In this document: in pieces, positions 45,710 to 55,507 of the stretch
Layout: each line of letters starts with the position of its first letter
Numbering within the stretch: the first letter of the stretch is position 1
Origin: an uncultured delta proteobacterium
Lineage (GTDB): Bacteria > Myxococcota_A > Polyangia > Polyangiales > Polyangiaceae
Length of the DNA stretch: 64,000 bases
Direction: 5' to 3'
Assembly (NCBI GenBank): GCA_963716725.1
Contig: CAVQUB010000009.1
Coordinates: 343,682 to 407,681 of the forward strand
Made by a program: the position numbers and the translations under genes
The notes under the pieces: generated by a model
Database searches by the model: none
What the model was told of the DNA's origin: nothing
What the model saw: only the letters and a program-made list of their open reading frames with translations

Positions 45710-46180
45710 TCACCACCTGTAATGCGCGAAGGCCTTGTTCGCCTCCGCCATCTTGTGGGTGTCGTCCTTCTTCTTGATGGTGTTGCCACGCATCTGCGCC
45801 GCGTCGACCAGCTCGGCCGCGAGACGCTCACGCATGCTCTTCTCGCCGCGGTTGCGGGAGTACTGCACGATCCAGCGCATCGCGAGGGCGACGCGCCGCT
45901 CGGGGCGGACCTCCACCGGAACCTGATAGGTCGCGCCGCCGACACGGCGGCTCTTGACCTCGAGCTTCGGCTTCACGTTGTCGAGCGCCTTGCGGAAGAC
46001 CTCGAGCGGGTCCTCCTTGAAGCGCGCGTTGATGATGTCGAACGCACCGTAGACGATGCCCTCGGCAACGGACTTCTTGCCGCCCAGCATCACCGAGTTG
46101 GTGAACTTCGCGACAAGCTTGTCCTTGTACTTCGGGTCGGGGGTGATCTTGCGTTTGGGAACGTCGCGCCGGCGGGGCAT
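45710..46180 (-). CDS. rpsG: 30S ribosomal protein S7
   Basis: MPRR...[12 protein letters not shown]...[13 protein letters not shown]. Confidence 0.98.
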   Translation of the reverse strand: MPRRRDVPKRKITPDPKYKDKLVAKFTNSVMLGGKKSVAEGIVYGAFDIINARFKEDPLEVFRKALDNVKPKLEVKSRRVGGATYQVPVEVRPERRVALAMRWIVQYSRNRGEKSMRERLAAELVDAAQMRGNTIKKKDDTHKMAEANKAFAHYRW

Positions 46181-46197
46181 GGCTCTTTACCTGATCC

Positions 46198-46596
46198 TCA
46201 GCTCTTCGGGCGCTTGACGCCGTACTTGGAGCGCTTGCGGTTGCGGTTGGCTTTGTTGGTGCTGCTCGGGCCGATCGCGCCAGAGGCGTCGAGCGTGCCG
46301 CGCACCACGTGGTAGCGAACTCCCGGGAGGTCCTTCACGCGACCACCGCGGATCAGCACCACGCTGTGCTCTTGAAGGTTGTGCCCTTCGCCCGGGATGT
46401 AGCTCGTCACTTCCATTCCGTTGGTGAGCCGCACGCGGCAGACCTTGCGAAGCGCGGAGTTCGGCTTCTTCGGAGTGGTGGTGTAGACGCGCGTGCAAAC
46501 GCCCCGCTTTTGCGGGCACGAACGCAACGCCGGAGATGCAGTCTTGACCTTGACCAGGTCGCGACCGTTACGAATGAGCTGCTGAATCGTCGGCAT
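46198..46596 (-). CDS. rpsL: 30S ribosomal protein S12
   Basis: MPTIQQL...[10 protein letters not shown]...[12 protein letters not shown]. Confidence 0.98.
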   Translation of the reverse strand: MPTIQQLIRNGRDLVKVKTASPALRSCPQKRGVCTRVYTTTPKKPNSALRKVCRVRLTNGMEVTSYIPGEGHNLQEHSVVLIRGGRVKDLPGVRYHVVRGTLDASGAIGPSSTNKANRNRKRSKYGVKRPKS

Positions 46597-46637
46597 AATG
46601 CATGAGTCCGAAGGGGGCGGTCTTTCGGGGGAACGGG

Positions 46638-46665
46638 AGGGTAGCCGTGGCGCTCCGTGTGTCAA
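46638..46665 (-). promoter_or_regulatory. sigma70 promoter of the str operon
   Basis: TTGACA-N16-TACCCT, ~40 nt upstream of rpsL. Confidence 0.7.
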
Positions 46666-46696
46666 GGCTTTCGACAGCCCTGAACGGGCGGGTAGG

Positions 46697-49252
46697 CTAC
46701 TTCTTGGCCTTCTTCCGCAAGATCTCGGCCGCTCGCGCGTATGCCGGATTCTGCGGGTTCGACGCTGCGAGCTGATCGTAAATCTCCGCGGCCTTGGCGA
46801 AGTCGTTCGCCGCAACGAAATCCGCGGCCTTGCGCTCGAGAGTGACCTCACCCTTGGCAAGCGGCGGCGCGCTCGCGCTCGCGGCAGGATCGGGCGCCGC
46901 GGGCGGCGTGTCGGGTGTGAGAACCGGCGGCGACGTCGGCGGCGTCGCTGAGGGCGTCGGCTCGGTCCCGGTCGACGGCGGAGCTCCCGTCGCCAGCGGT
47001 GCCGCCGACGGATCCGATGACGGCGAGGGCGCGCCACTCGCCGACGGATCCGGCGTCGCGCTCGTCGACTCGCCAGGCGCGCGCTTCCGCGCCGGAGGAT
47101 CGCTGAACACGATCATGAAGGCGATGAGCCCGAAGGGCAGCATCACGAACATGAGCTTGCGAGGGAACGGCATTGCCTTCCAGATCGCGAGGGGCCCCTT
47201 CCCGGGAGCTTGTCCGGCGGGTTGCGGTGTCCCCCACGCCTGAGGGTAGCCAGCGCCGGGCTGACCGAAGGTGCCCGAGGCACCGGGGACTTGCTGCTGC
47301 AGATACTGCCCCGATGCGCCCGCACCGTAGGCTCCCGACTGCGCCGGTGGCACGCCGAAGCCCGCCGCTTGCTGCGCGCCGTACCCGCCAGGTTGCTGCG
47401 CGCCGTACCCGCCAGGTTGCTGCGCGCCGTACCCACCAGGTTGCTGCGCGCCGTACCCGCCAGGTTGCTCTGCGCCGTACCCACCAGGTTGCTCTGCGCC
47501 GTGCCCGCCAGGTTGCTCGTACCCGCCAGGTTGCTGCGCGCCGTACCCACCAGGTTGCTGCGCGCCGTGCCCGCCAGGTTGCTGCGCGCCGTACCCACCA
47601 GGTTGCTGCGCGCCGTACCCACCAGGTTGCTGCGCGCCGTACCCACCAGGTTGCTGCGCGCCGTACCCACCAGGTTGCTGCGCGCCGTACCCACCAGGTT
47701 GCTGCGCGCCGTACCCACCAGGTTGCTGCGCGCCGTACCCACCAGGTTGCTGCGCGCCGCCTTGCTGCTGGCCGAATGGTGGCTGCGTCTGCGCGTGCGG
47801 GCCGGGCGCCCACGCCTGCGCGCCGGGCTGAGCTCCGTCCTGTGGCAGCGCCCGCTGTCCGGCCTCCGCGAGGAACTCCTCGAGCGGCTTCACCACCGTC
47901 GCGCTCTCCTTGGACTCGGGCACGGAGGGCGGCGACGGACGCTCTGGCTTCCGCGCTGGCGCGGCGGCAGCGTGGATCACCGGGACAACGGCCGCTGCCT
48001 GTCCCATCTGTTGGATCGCGTCGGACGTCAGCGGAGGCGGCGCCATGCCGAGCATGGTGCGTTTGGGTGACCCACCGCCAGCGGGCGCCTGGGGCGCGGG
48101 CGCTCGGATCGGCTCCACGTCCGAGGGCGAGAGCACGCGCGTGCGCTCTTCGCTCATCGCCTCTTCGTCGTCGATCGCCGATGCCGCCGATGCCGCCGAT
48201 GCCACCGATGCCGCGGCGGCAGCGGCCACGGTCCCGGGAGAGTGGATCTGAGTCGGCGGCTCCGACAGCGGCCCCGGCGCCGGCTGCGGAGGCAGGGTCT
48301 TTTCGCTGAAGCCCTCGGGCATCGGCTGGTACTGCGTCGGCGAATCAACGTCGTCGTAGTCACTGAGACCCGGCGCCGCGGCAGGCGTGGGCGCTTTCGG
48401 GACCACCTCGGCCGGTGGACGCACGGGCTTCGAGGTTGCTCGCGGCGACGACGTCTGCGGTCGACTCGCGAGCGGAGGAGGTCCGGGACGCACAGGCGTC
48501 GCGCCGGGACGCACAGGCGTCGCGCCGGGACGCACAGGCGTCGCGCCGGGACGCACAGGCGTCGCGCCGGGACGCGCACTGGTTCGAGGCGGACCCACGG
48601 GCGCGGGGCGCGGCGTGGCCGCCTGGGACGGGCCGGGGGTGCTCGGCCGCGGAGGTGGTGCGCTGGGTCGCGGACGAGGAGCGCCGGGGCCTTGGGGTCG
48701 AGGTCCGGCCGCTTGCGGGCGTGGCCCTGGGGCTGGGGCTGCGCCCCGCTGAGGTCGCGCTCCCGCTTGGGGTCGCGCGGCGCTCGCGCGCGGCCCTGCT
48801 CCCGCCGGCGCGCTCGCTTGGGGTCGCTCAACCCCCGCCTGGGGCCGTGCGCCGGCTGCCGCCCCAGCCTGCGGGCCTGTGACGGGACCGGGACCGGGTC
48901 GCGCCTCCGCTGTGGACTCCACCTGGAACGAGACAGAGCCCATCGTGATGGAGCTCGGGATACTGATGGGCTTCCAGTCCGTCGAGACGGCGCTGCCGCC
49001 CATCTGCACCAGGGCTCCCGGCGCGCAGGCCACGAACAGCGTGCTGCCGTCGAACAACAAGTAGGCGTGCACCGCAGCAATGCCGGCGGCGTCCACCTGC
49101 CAGCCGCCCTCGCTGCCAACGCTGAAGGCCTCTACGGGCGTGCCGGCCGTGAATTCGACCTGCGCCCTGTCGCTCGAGCCTCCGCTCAGCTTGATTCGGA
49201 GATTAGCCGTGCCCACGGTGGTTTGGATCGATCCCGCGTCGCCGCGCGGCAT
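46697..49252 (-). CDS. Membrane-anchored protein: degenerate FHA domain, long Pro-rich/low-complexity region, TM helix, C-terminal TPR-like helices
   Basis: [20 protein letters not shown]-like N-terminus; GAQQPGGY repeats; [32 protein letters not shown]. Confidence 0.7.
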   Translation of the reverse strand: MPRGDAGSIQTTVGTANLRIKLSGGSSDRAQVEFTAGTPVEAFSVGSEGGWQVDAAGIAAVHAYLLFDGSTLFVACAPGALVQMGGSAVSTDWKPISIPSSITMGSVSFQVESTAEARPGPGPVTGPQAGAAAGARPQAGVERPQASAPAGAGPRASAARPQAGARPQRGAAPAPGPRPQAAGPRPQGPGAPRPRPSAPPPRPSTPGPSQAATPRPAPVGPPRTSARPGATPVRPGATPVRPGATPVRPGATPVRPGPPPLASRPQTSSPRATSKPVRPPAEVVPKAPTPAAAPGLSDYDDVDSPTQYQPMPEGFSEKTLPPQPAPGPLSEPPTQIHSPGTVAAAAAASVASAASAASAIDDEEAMSEERTRVLSPSDVEPIRAPAPQAPAGGGSPKRTMLGMAPPPLTSDAIQQMGQAAAVVPVIHAAAAPARKPERPSPPSVPESKESATVVKPLEEFLAEAGQRALPQDGAQPGAQAWAPGPHAQTQPPFGQQQGGAQQPGGYGAQQPGGYGAQQPGGYGAQQPGGYGAQQPGGYGAQQPGGYGAQQPGGYGAQQPGGHGAQQPGGYGAQQPGGYEQPGGHGAEQPGGYGAEQPGGYGAQQPGGYGAQQPGGYGAQQPGGYGAQQAAGFGVPPAQSGAYGAGASGQYLQQQVPGASGTFGQPGAGYPQAWGTPQPAGQAPGKGPLAIWKAMPFPRKLMFVMLPFGLIAFMIVFSDPPARKRAPGESTSATPDPSASGAPSPSSDPSAAPLATGAPPSTGTEPTPSATPPTSPPVLTPDTPPAAPDPAASASAPPLAKGEVTLERKAADFVAANDFAKAAEIYDQLAASNPQNPAYARAAEILRKKAKK
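47369..47759 (-). repeat. 24-bp coding tandem repeat (~16 units, GAQQPGGY)
   Basis: gctgcgcgccgtacccaccaggtt head-to-tail units without spacers. Confidence 0.95.
48483..48574 (-). repeat. 21-bp coding tandem repeat (~4 units, RPGATPV)
   Basis: ccgggacgcacaggcgtcgcg repeated. Confidence 0.9.
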
Positions 49253-50345
49253 CGTATATCACGGCCGGCAGTTCCACACCGTGTTCGCGAAGCTGGTCTT
49301 CGCAGTGAGGGATGACCCCCGTGGGGCCGAAGTCGCTGACGATCTCTCCGCCCGGCCCGAGGCCATGATAGTTCCGCACGAAGATGTCCTGCATCTGGTA
49401 CTTGCCGGTGTCGGCGTCGTAGCCCAAGACCTCGGTGATGTGCGTAGTCTTGCGTGAGCCGTCCTGAAGGCGCGCCACCTGCACGATCAAGTTGATGCCC
49501 GACCCGAGCTGGGCGCGCATGGCCGCAAGGGGCATGTCGATGTCGCTCATCATGCACATCGTCTCGAGGCGAGTCATGGTGTCGCGCGGATAGGTGGCGT
49601 GGCAGGTCCCCATGCAGCCGCCGTGGCCGCTGGTCATCGCCTGCACGATGTCGAGGGCCTCGCCGCCACGGATTTCGCCGATCACCACTCGGTCGGGGCG
49701 CATGCGCAGCGTCGCCTTGAACAGGTCGCGGATCGAGACTCCGCCGCGCCCTTTCGGGTCTGGCGCCCGGGCCTCGAGCTGAACCACGTGGGTCTTCTGA
49801 AGCTGGACTTCTTTCGAGTCCTCGATGACCACGATGCGCTCGCCGTCCGGGATGAAGGTCGAGAGCGCGTTGAGCATGCTGGTCTTGCCGCTGCCGGTGC
49901 CGCCCGCGATGATCACGTTGAGCTTCGCCTCGACCAACACCGAGAGCGTGTCCGCCGCGTCCTGCCCCATGGACCCGAAGCGGATCAGTCGATCGACGGT
50001 CAGCGTCTCTTTGAAGAACCGACGAATGGCGATGAAGGGGCCCCCGGGCCCCGCCGGCGGGATGATGGCCTGAAGACGCGAGCCGTCGGGCAGGCGTCCC
50101 TCCAAGATGGGCCGCGTTTCGTCCACGAACTTGCCGGCAAACTGCGCGGCCGTGCGCAGCGCGGCCAAGAGCGCCTCCGTGTTCTCGAAGCGAACCGAGG
50201 TCAGCTCGAGCTTGCCTCCTTTCTCGATGAACACCTGGTTGGGCCCGTTGATCATCACCTCGCTGACCTGGGGGTCGTCGAGGAATGGACGCACCGGCGC
50301 GAAGAACTCGAGCAGCGCTTCTTCGAAGATTTCTTGGGGGATCAC
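49203..50345 (-). CDS. cpaF: CpaF/TadA-family ATPase (short form, no FHA)
   Basis: GGTGSGKTS, IEDSKE, LRMRPDRVVIGEIRGGEA, AMTSGH. Confidence 0.92.
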   Translation of the reverse strand: MIPQEIFEEALLEFFAPVRPFLDDPQVSEVMINGPNQVFIEKGGKLELTSVRFENTEALLAALRTAAQFAGKFVDETRPILEGRLPDGSRLQAIIPPAGPGGPFIAIRRFFKETLTVDRLIRFGSMGQDAADTLSVLVEAKLNVIIAGGTGSGKTSMLNALSTFIPDGERIVVIEDSKEVQLQKTHVVQLEARAPDPKGRGGVSIRDLFKATLRMRPDRVVIGEIRGGEALDIVQAMTSGHGGCMGTCHATYPRDTMTRLETMCMMSDIDMPLAAMRAQLGSGINLIVQVARLQDGSRKTTHITEVLGYDADTGKYQMQDIFVRNYHGLGPGGEIVSDFGPTGVIPHCEDQLREHGVELPAVIYDAARRRGIDPNHRGHG

Positions 50346-50918
50346 GGGACTTCTTTGAGCAACGAGCCGCGGGCCTCTTCGGCGTGAGGACCGTTCGGCT
50401 CGAGCTTCAGGTATTGGCGGAAGTGCTGGTCGGCACCGACCAGATCGTTCTCGCCGTCTCTGCAATAGCACCCCCAACGCGTAGTGCGCCCCGGCGTGCT
50501 TGGGCTGCGCCGACAAGACGCGCTCCAGGTGCTCGCGAGCGAGATCGGCGCGGCCCACGGCGGAGTAGAGCGTGCCCACCAGGAAGCGAAGCGCGTGCTT
50601 CTCGGGGTACTTGGTCAGCTCTTCTTCGCCCAGTTGGAGCGCGGTGCGATAGCGGCCGCTCACGATGAAGACACGCATGAGCAGGGGCAAGACCTGGTCA
50701 GGATTCGCCCCGGCATCGAGCGCAGCGGTCAAGTACTGCGAAGCGCGAGTGTAGTCGCCGACCCGGGCGAAGAGCCTGCCGCGCTCCAGAAGCTTGTCCG
50801 CCGTCTGCTCGGACCGCACCGTGCGTTCCGCCTCCCGAATCTTGTCTCCCCGCGACGGGGCGCAGGCCGTCGTGCCCAGAACGAGGCCGATGACGCAGAG
50901 GTGGATCGCGCGTTCCAT
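50342..50918 (-). CDS. TPR lipoprotein (TadD/pilotin-like; frameshift near 50460)
   Basis: Lipobox-like TTAC; TPR motifs (AREHLERVL..P.HAGAHYALG). Confidence 0.7.
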
Positions 50919-50920
50919 GC

Positions 50921-51796
50921 CTATTTGCGGCTCTGATCGCCGTATTTGATGCGCAGCTTGCGCTCGAGCAGCGACAAAAACTCGACGTACTCGCCTTCTT
51001 TGCCTTGCAGGAAGGCGAGCAGGACGCGCACTTCTTTCTGCGCCGTCTCGAAGCGACTGGTCGAGAGCGAGTGCTCGAGCCGAACGCGGTGAGTTCGGAA
51101 ATCCTCCGCAACGTCGGCGCGCAGCTTGGTCGCGAGGGTCCCCGCGAGCTTGGCCCGCGGGGCGTCCCCAGCTGCCTGAAAGCACGCCGCCGCCTCCTCG
51201 TAGAGCGGCACCGCCTGTACGCCGTCCGGCACGTAGAAGGGCCGGCGCTCGTGCTTCGATGCCGCCTTGGTGAACTGCTCGTAGCCCTTGGCCTGGGCGG
51301 CTTCGCGCGCCGACTGGGAGCACTGCGCGATGGGCGGCCCCCAGAGTTCGGGGACTTCTTGCGGAGCCCGACCCACGCCGTCGTTCGGATCGTCTTGGAA
51401 GATGATGTAGAGCGCGAGCGGCATCACAATCAGCGCCAGCATCAAGGTCAGCGGGCTGGTCTTCTGCTCCGGCTTCTGCTGCGCGCCATCCGCGCCCGCC
51501 ACCTCGATGATGCTGGCGACGATCTGGGTGTAGCCGACGCCGAGGACCGATCCGGGAACGATCTGAGTGCGCGTGAAGGGACTGCCGTTGATGGTGGGAG
51601 GCGGCTGGAACGAGCGAGCGTCTGCGAAGATGCCGGCCGGGGTCAGCTGAATCGCGATGTGCTCCACGCCGGCCTGGTCCATGCCCAGGCGAATCTCACA
51701 GTGCGCACCGCTGCCGATCATGGCGCGATCCGAGTCGATGCGCATCTCCTCGGTGCGGCCATCGGCGTGACGGATGTCGAACTTGAGCGCTTGCAT
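50921..51796 (-). CDS. Degenerate-FHA, single-TM, TPR-like protein
   Basis: MIGSGAHCEIRL...EH...INGSP FHA-like fold; TM LTLMLALIVMPLALYIIF. Confidence 0.7.
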   Translation of the reverse strand: MQALKFDIRHADGRTEEMRIDSDRAMIGSGAHCEIRLGMDQAGVEHIAIQLTPAGIFADARSFQPPPTINGSPFTRTQIVPGSVLGVGYTQIVASIIEVAGADGAQQKPEQKTSPLTLMLALIVMPLALYIIFQDDPNDGVGRAPQEVPELWGPPIAQCSQSAREAAQAKGYEQFTKAASKHERRPFYVPDGVQAVPLYEEAAACFQAAGDAPRAKLAGTLATKLRADVAEDFRTHRVRLEHSLSTSRFETAQKEVRVLLAFLQGKEGEYVEFLSLLERKLRIKYGDQSRK

Positions 51797-52707
51797 CAGG
51801 TTTCACCACTGGAGGCGGCGAGCTTGAGGAACATCGGGCCCAGGATCAGCGCGATGATGCAGATCAGGAGCAGCGCCAGCGGTCCGATCATTTGCACCCC
51901 CGCCTTGGCGGCTTGTTGCTCGGCGCGGACCGTGCGGCGCATGCGCGACATGCCGGCCTGAATCTGCAGCACGTCCGCCAACGGATTTCCCTTTTCTTCG
52001 GCCTGAACCACGGAGTTGACGAACTCTTGCACGGTCTCGATGGGCGCGCGCTCGGCGAACCCGAGCAAGGCCTGCTTGCGCGTGCGACCGATGCCCAGCT
52101 CTTGCAGCATCCGGCTGAACTCCTCGATCAGGGCGTCATCCGGATCGCTGGACTTCTCGACCACCTGACGCACGGCGCCGGGAAAGTCTTTGCCAGCGCT
52201 CATGGCCAGCGCCAGGAGGTCGACCGCATAGGGCAGGCTTCGGTTGATTTGCTTCATGCGCAGGGTCGAGGCCGCTGAGACCTGCAAGTAGGGCAGCGCC
52301 GCGCCCATCGGAGCCACGATGATCAGCATGGCGACGCCCATGCCCGTGACCCAGCCGGCGAGCGTGCCGAACACGATCCCACCGATGAACGACAAGATGC
52401 TGAGGCCGACGTACTCCTCGGCGGTGATGCCCAGATAGTCGCCCGCGAGGGAGAGCTGCTTGTCCAGCGACTTGCGTTGCTCTTCGGTCAAGAGTCCGCT
52501 CACCCTCACGCCGAACCAGCGGACGAAGGGCTCGAGCTGCCGCCACTGCTCGTTTTTCTCGAGCGCCCGGAGTCGCTTCAGGCCACGCATGCCCAGCCGG
52601 CTCGCGACGCGAGACGGCGCGCTGGCGACGGCGTAGACCGCAATGGCCGCGGCGGCCGACAGCAGCAGAATCACGACGTAGCGGATCTCGAGGTAGCTGA
52701 TCCTCAT
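51796..52707 (-). CDS. tadC: Tad inner-membrane platform protein TadC
   Basis: LPYAVDLLALAMSAG, GRTRKQAL, QAEEKGNPLADVL, RAEQQAAKA. Confidence 0.9.
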   Translation of the reverse strand: MRISYLEIRYVVILLLSAAAAIAVYAVASAPSRVASRLGMRGLKRLRALEKNEQWRQLEPFVRWFGVRVSGLLTEEQRKSLDKQLSLAGDYLGITAEEYVGLSILSFIGGIVFGTLAGWVTGMGVAMLIIVAPMGAALPYLQVSAASTLRMKQINRSLPYAVDLLALAMSAGKDFPGAVRQVVEKSSDPDDALIEEFSRMLQELGIGRTRKQALLGFAERAPIETVQEFVNSVVQAEEKGNPLADVLQIQAGMSRMRRTVRAEQQAAKAGVQMIGPLALLLICIIALILGPMFLKLAASSGET

Positions 52708-53585
52708 ATGTCCACCGACAAGACCTTGCGCGCGAGCAAGATCGAAACGAGCCACGAGAGTCCGGCCACGCCAGCGATGGCCCAGCCCGCTACGGGCTTC
52801 TTCAGCGGGTCGTAGAACCCCGGTTCCATGGCGCTCAAGACCACGGCAAAAACGAATGGGAAGGACGCCAGCACCCAGAGCTGGGCCTTGCCCTCGGCGG
52901 TCTTGCTCTTCACCACGCCCTCGAGGCGGATCATCTCGCGCATGGTGTTGGCCGTGGTGTCCAGGATGCGCGGCAGGTCACCGCCGAGCTGACGACCGAT
53001 GAGAATGGCGGACAGCGCCGTGTCGAGCTGACGGCTATTGATGCGGCCTCCGAGATTGAGCAGCGCTTGGTCCAACGTGCTGCCGACCTTCATCTCCTTC
53101 ACGCACAGCTCCACCTCTTCGCGGATCGGCGAGGGCAACAGCGGCTGTACGCTGATGAACGAGTTTCCAACGCTCGGCGTCGCCTTGAGTGAGTTGGCCA
53201 GCGCCGTGAGAAACCCGTCGATCTGATCTTCGAGTTTCTCGACCCGCTTCTTGCGCAGGTTCTCGATGTAACGCGACGGCGCGACGATGATGAGCAGGAT
53301 CAGTATCCACCAATAGGGGTCGAGCCCGATACCGACGTGCAGCGCGAGCACCAACACGCTGCCGACGATCTGCCCGATGGCGATGTGCCGGCCGGGCGTC
53401 CAGATGAACATCAGCCGGAGCTTGCGCTCGAGTGACGCACAGTAGCGCTGCCAGTAGCGCATCACGGGCCCGTGGGTGTCAGCTACCGCCGCCCAGGAGC
53501 CGATCAAGAGGCCGATGAAGATCGAGAGCAGCCCGGCCCACTTGAGCAAGCTGCTGACGAGGTCGGGGCTGATGGCGGCGTTCAT
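52704..53585 (-). CDS. tadB: Tad inner-membrane platform protein TadB
   Basis: ALANSLKA, GSTLDQAL, GGDLPRIL, KTAEGKAQ. Confidence 0.9.
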   Translation of the reverse strand: MNAAISPDLVSSLLKWAGLLSIFIGLLIGSWAAVADTHGPVMRYWQRYCASLERKLRLMFIWTPGRHIAIGQIVGSVLVLALHVGIGLDPYWWILILLIIVAPSRYIENLRKKRVEKLEDQIDGFLTALANSLKATPSVGNSFISVQPLLPSPIREEVELCVKEMKVGSTLDQALLNLGGRINSRQLDTALSAILIGRQLGGDLPRILDTTANTMREMIRLEGVVKSKTAEGKAQLWVLASFPFVFAVVLSAMEPGFYDPLKKPVAGWAIAGVAGLSWLVSILLARKVLSVDI

Positions 53586-55456
53586 AGGTAAGGGCCCCCC
53601 GGCGGGATCAGACCTTTTACGATGAACTCGTTGAGGAAGGTCGGCAGGTAGCCCGTCGCTCGGTAGTTGCCTTGGACCTCTCCCTTGGGCCCGGTGCCGG
53701 AGCGCACGAACTCGTAAATCGGTACGATCTCGAAATTGAGCTCGTCGTCGAGCCCAATGACCTCGGAGATCGCCGCGACCTTGCGCGTTCCGTCCGAGAA
53801 CCGCGACTGCTGCACGACCAGGTGGATGCTGCCGGCGATCTGCTCGCGCACTGCGCGGGAAGGCAGGTCGATGCCGGCCATCAAACACAGCGTCTCGACC
53901 CGCTTGAGGGCTTCGAGGGGGGAGTTGGCGTGCGTCGTGGTGAGCGACCCATCGTGACCGGTGTTCATCGCCTGAAGCATGTCGAGCGCCTCACCGCCAC
54001 GGCACTCGCCGACCACGACCCGGTCCGGGCGCATGCGCATGGCGTTCTTCAGGAGGTCTCGGATCGAATACTCGCCCTTGCCCTCCATGTTGGCGGGTCG
54101 CGTCTCGAGCGAGACGACGTGGGGCTGGACGAGCTGGAGCTCGGCCGCGTCTTCGATGGTCACGATGCGTTCGTCGTCGGGGATGGCCGCGGACAGGATG
54201 TTGAGCAGGGTCGTCTTGCCGCTGCCGGTGCCGCCGGAGATGATGATGTTCTTCTTGGCCACCACGCTACGGGTCAAAAACCGGCCCATTTGTGGGCTGA
54301 TGGCGTTGTAACCGTACAACTTCTCCAGCGTGAGCGGGACCTTGGCGAACTTGCGGATGGTGATCGCGGAGCCGCGCAGCGCGATGGGCTTGATCACTGC
54401 GTTGACGCGCGAGCCGTCTTTGAGGCGCGCGTCGACCAGGGGTGACGACTCGTCGATGCGACGGCCGAGCGGAGTGACGATGCGCTCGATCACGGCGCGC
54501 ACGCGCTCGTCGTCGGTGAAGCGCTGCTCGGACAGCACGATTTTGCCGTTGCGCTCGATGTAGATGGTGTCTGGATCGACCACCATGATTTCGATGACGC
54601 TCGGATCGGACAGCAGGTGCTCCAGGGGACCGAGGCCCAGCGCTTCGTCGGCGAGTTCGCCGACCAGCCGGTCGCGCTCGACGGTCTGCGGAATGCGCTG
54701 GCCCATGAGCTCGACGATGCGACGCAGCGCTCCGATGACCTTGGGCCGCATCGAGGGGTCGTCGAGCTGATTGGCCTTGAGCGCCGCGAGGTCCAGGTTC
54801 TCGATCAACTGTCGGTGGATCTCCCGCCGGAGCTCGTTGACGGCCTCTTGTTCGGCCGTGCGCTTGCGGGGACCGCCGCCGGCGGTGGTGTTGGCGTGCC
54901 CCGTCGTCGTTGCAGCCGGACGCGGGTGCTCCGGACTGGACGGCGTCGGCGGGGGCGGCGGACGGGTCGGTCCTCCCCGCACCTCGACGCCGCGGGGAGG
55001 CGCTGGCATCGGGTGGTGGGGCGTGCTGGGGTGATGGTGGCCAGGGTTCGAAGGGAAGGGCGCCCGCTGCGGGGGCGGCGGCGCGCCTCGCGTCTGGGCG
55101 GCCGGCGCCTGGGCGCCCCCGCGCACTGTGCCGTCGCCGAGGTCGTCTCTCACCGGCGGACCCGCGGACTGAAAGGTCAGCGTGTGGTCGCCCACCACGA
55201 TTGGCGTGCCGAAAGGCACCCAGACGCTGGTCTTGCGCAGCAGCTGATCCCCGGCGAGGGTGCCGTTGGTCGAGCGATCTTCGACGCGCACCGCTTGGCC
55301 GCTGAACTCGACCACCGCGTGCTGCCGCGAGATGAGGTCGCTCTTGATGCGGAGCCCGCACTCGGGATCACGCCCGATGGACAGGAGACCGTTCGCGCGG
55401 AGTTGGATCGTGCGCTTGCCTCCCGATTGCGACTCGATGACGACCAGGACGTTCAT
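53582..55456 (-). CDS. cpaF: FHA-domain CpaF/TadA motor ATPase
   Basis: Canonical FHA (IGR, ISRQHA, STNGT), Pro-rich linker, GGTGSGKTT, MRPDRVVVGECRGGEA, MNTGHDG. Confidence 0.95.
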   Translation of the reverse strand: MNVLVVIESQSGGKRTIQLRANGLLSIGRDPECGLRIKSDLISRQHAVVEFSGQAVRVEDRSTNGTLAGDQLLRKTSVWVPFGTPIVVGDHTLTFQSAGPPVRDDLGDGTVRGGAQAPAAQTRGAPPPPQRAPFPSNPGHHHPSTPHHPMPAPPRGVEVRGGPTRPPPPPTPSSPEHPRPAATTTGHANTTAGGGPRKRTAEQEAVNELRREIHRQLIENLDLAALKANQLDDPSMRPKVIGALRRIVELMGQRIPQTVERDRLVGELADEALGLGPLEHLLSDPSVIEIMVVDPDTIYIERNGKIVLSEQRFTDDERVRAVIERIVTPLGRRIDESSPLVDARLKDGSRVNAVIKPIALRGSAITIRKFAKVPLTLEKLYGYNAISPQMGRFLTRSVVAKKNIIISGGTGSGKTTLLNILSAAIPDDERIVTIEDAAELQLVQPHVVSLETRPANMEGKGEYSIRDLLKNAMRMRPDRVVVGECRGGEALDMLQAMNTGHDGSLTTTHANSPLEALKRVETLCLMAGIDLPSRAVREQIAGSIHLVVQQSRFSDGTRKVAAISEVIGLDDELNFEIVPIYEFVRSGTGPKGEVQGNYRATGYLPTFLNEFIVKGLIPPGGPYL

Positions 55457-55507
55457 GATCCGACGTTTGCCAAGGCGCTCCGGGACCCGCCCGGGGACGT
55501 GCCTTGG

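Noticed and set aside
47369..47759. Possible CRISPR array
   Set aside because: The 24-bp units are contiguous with no unique spacers, are in frame within a protein, and no cas genes are nearby.
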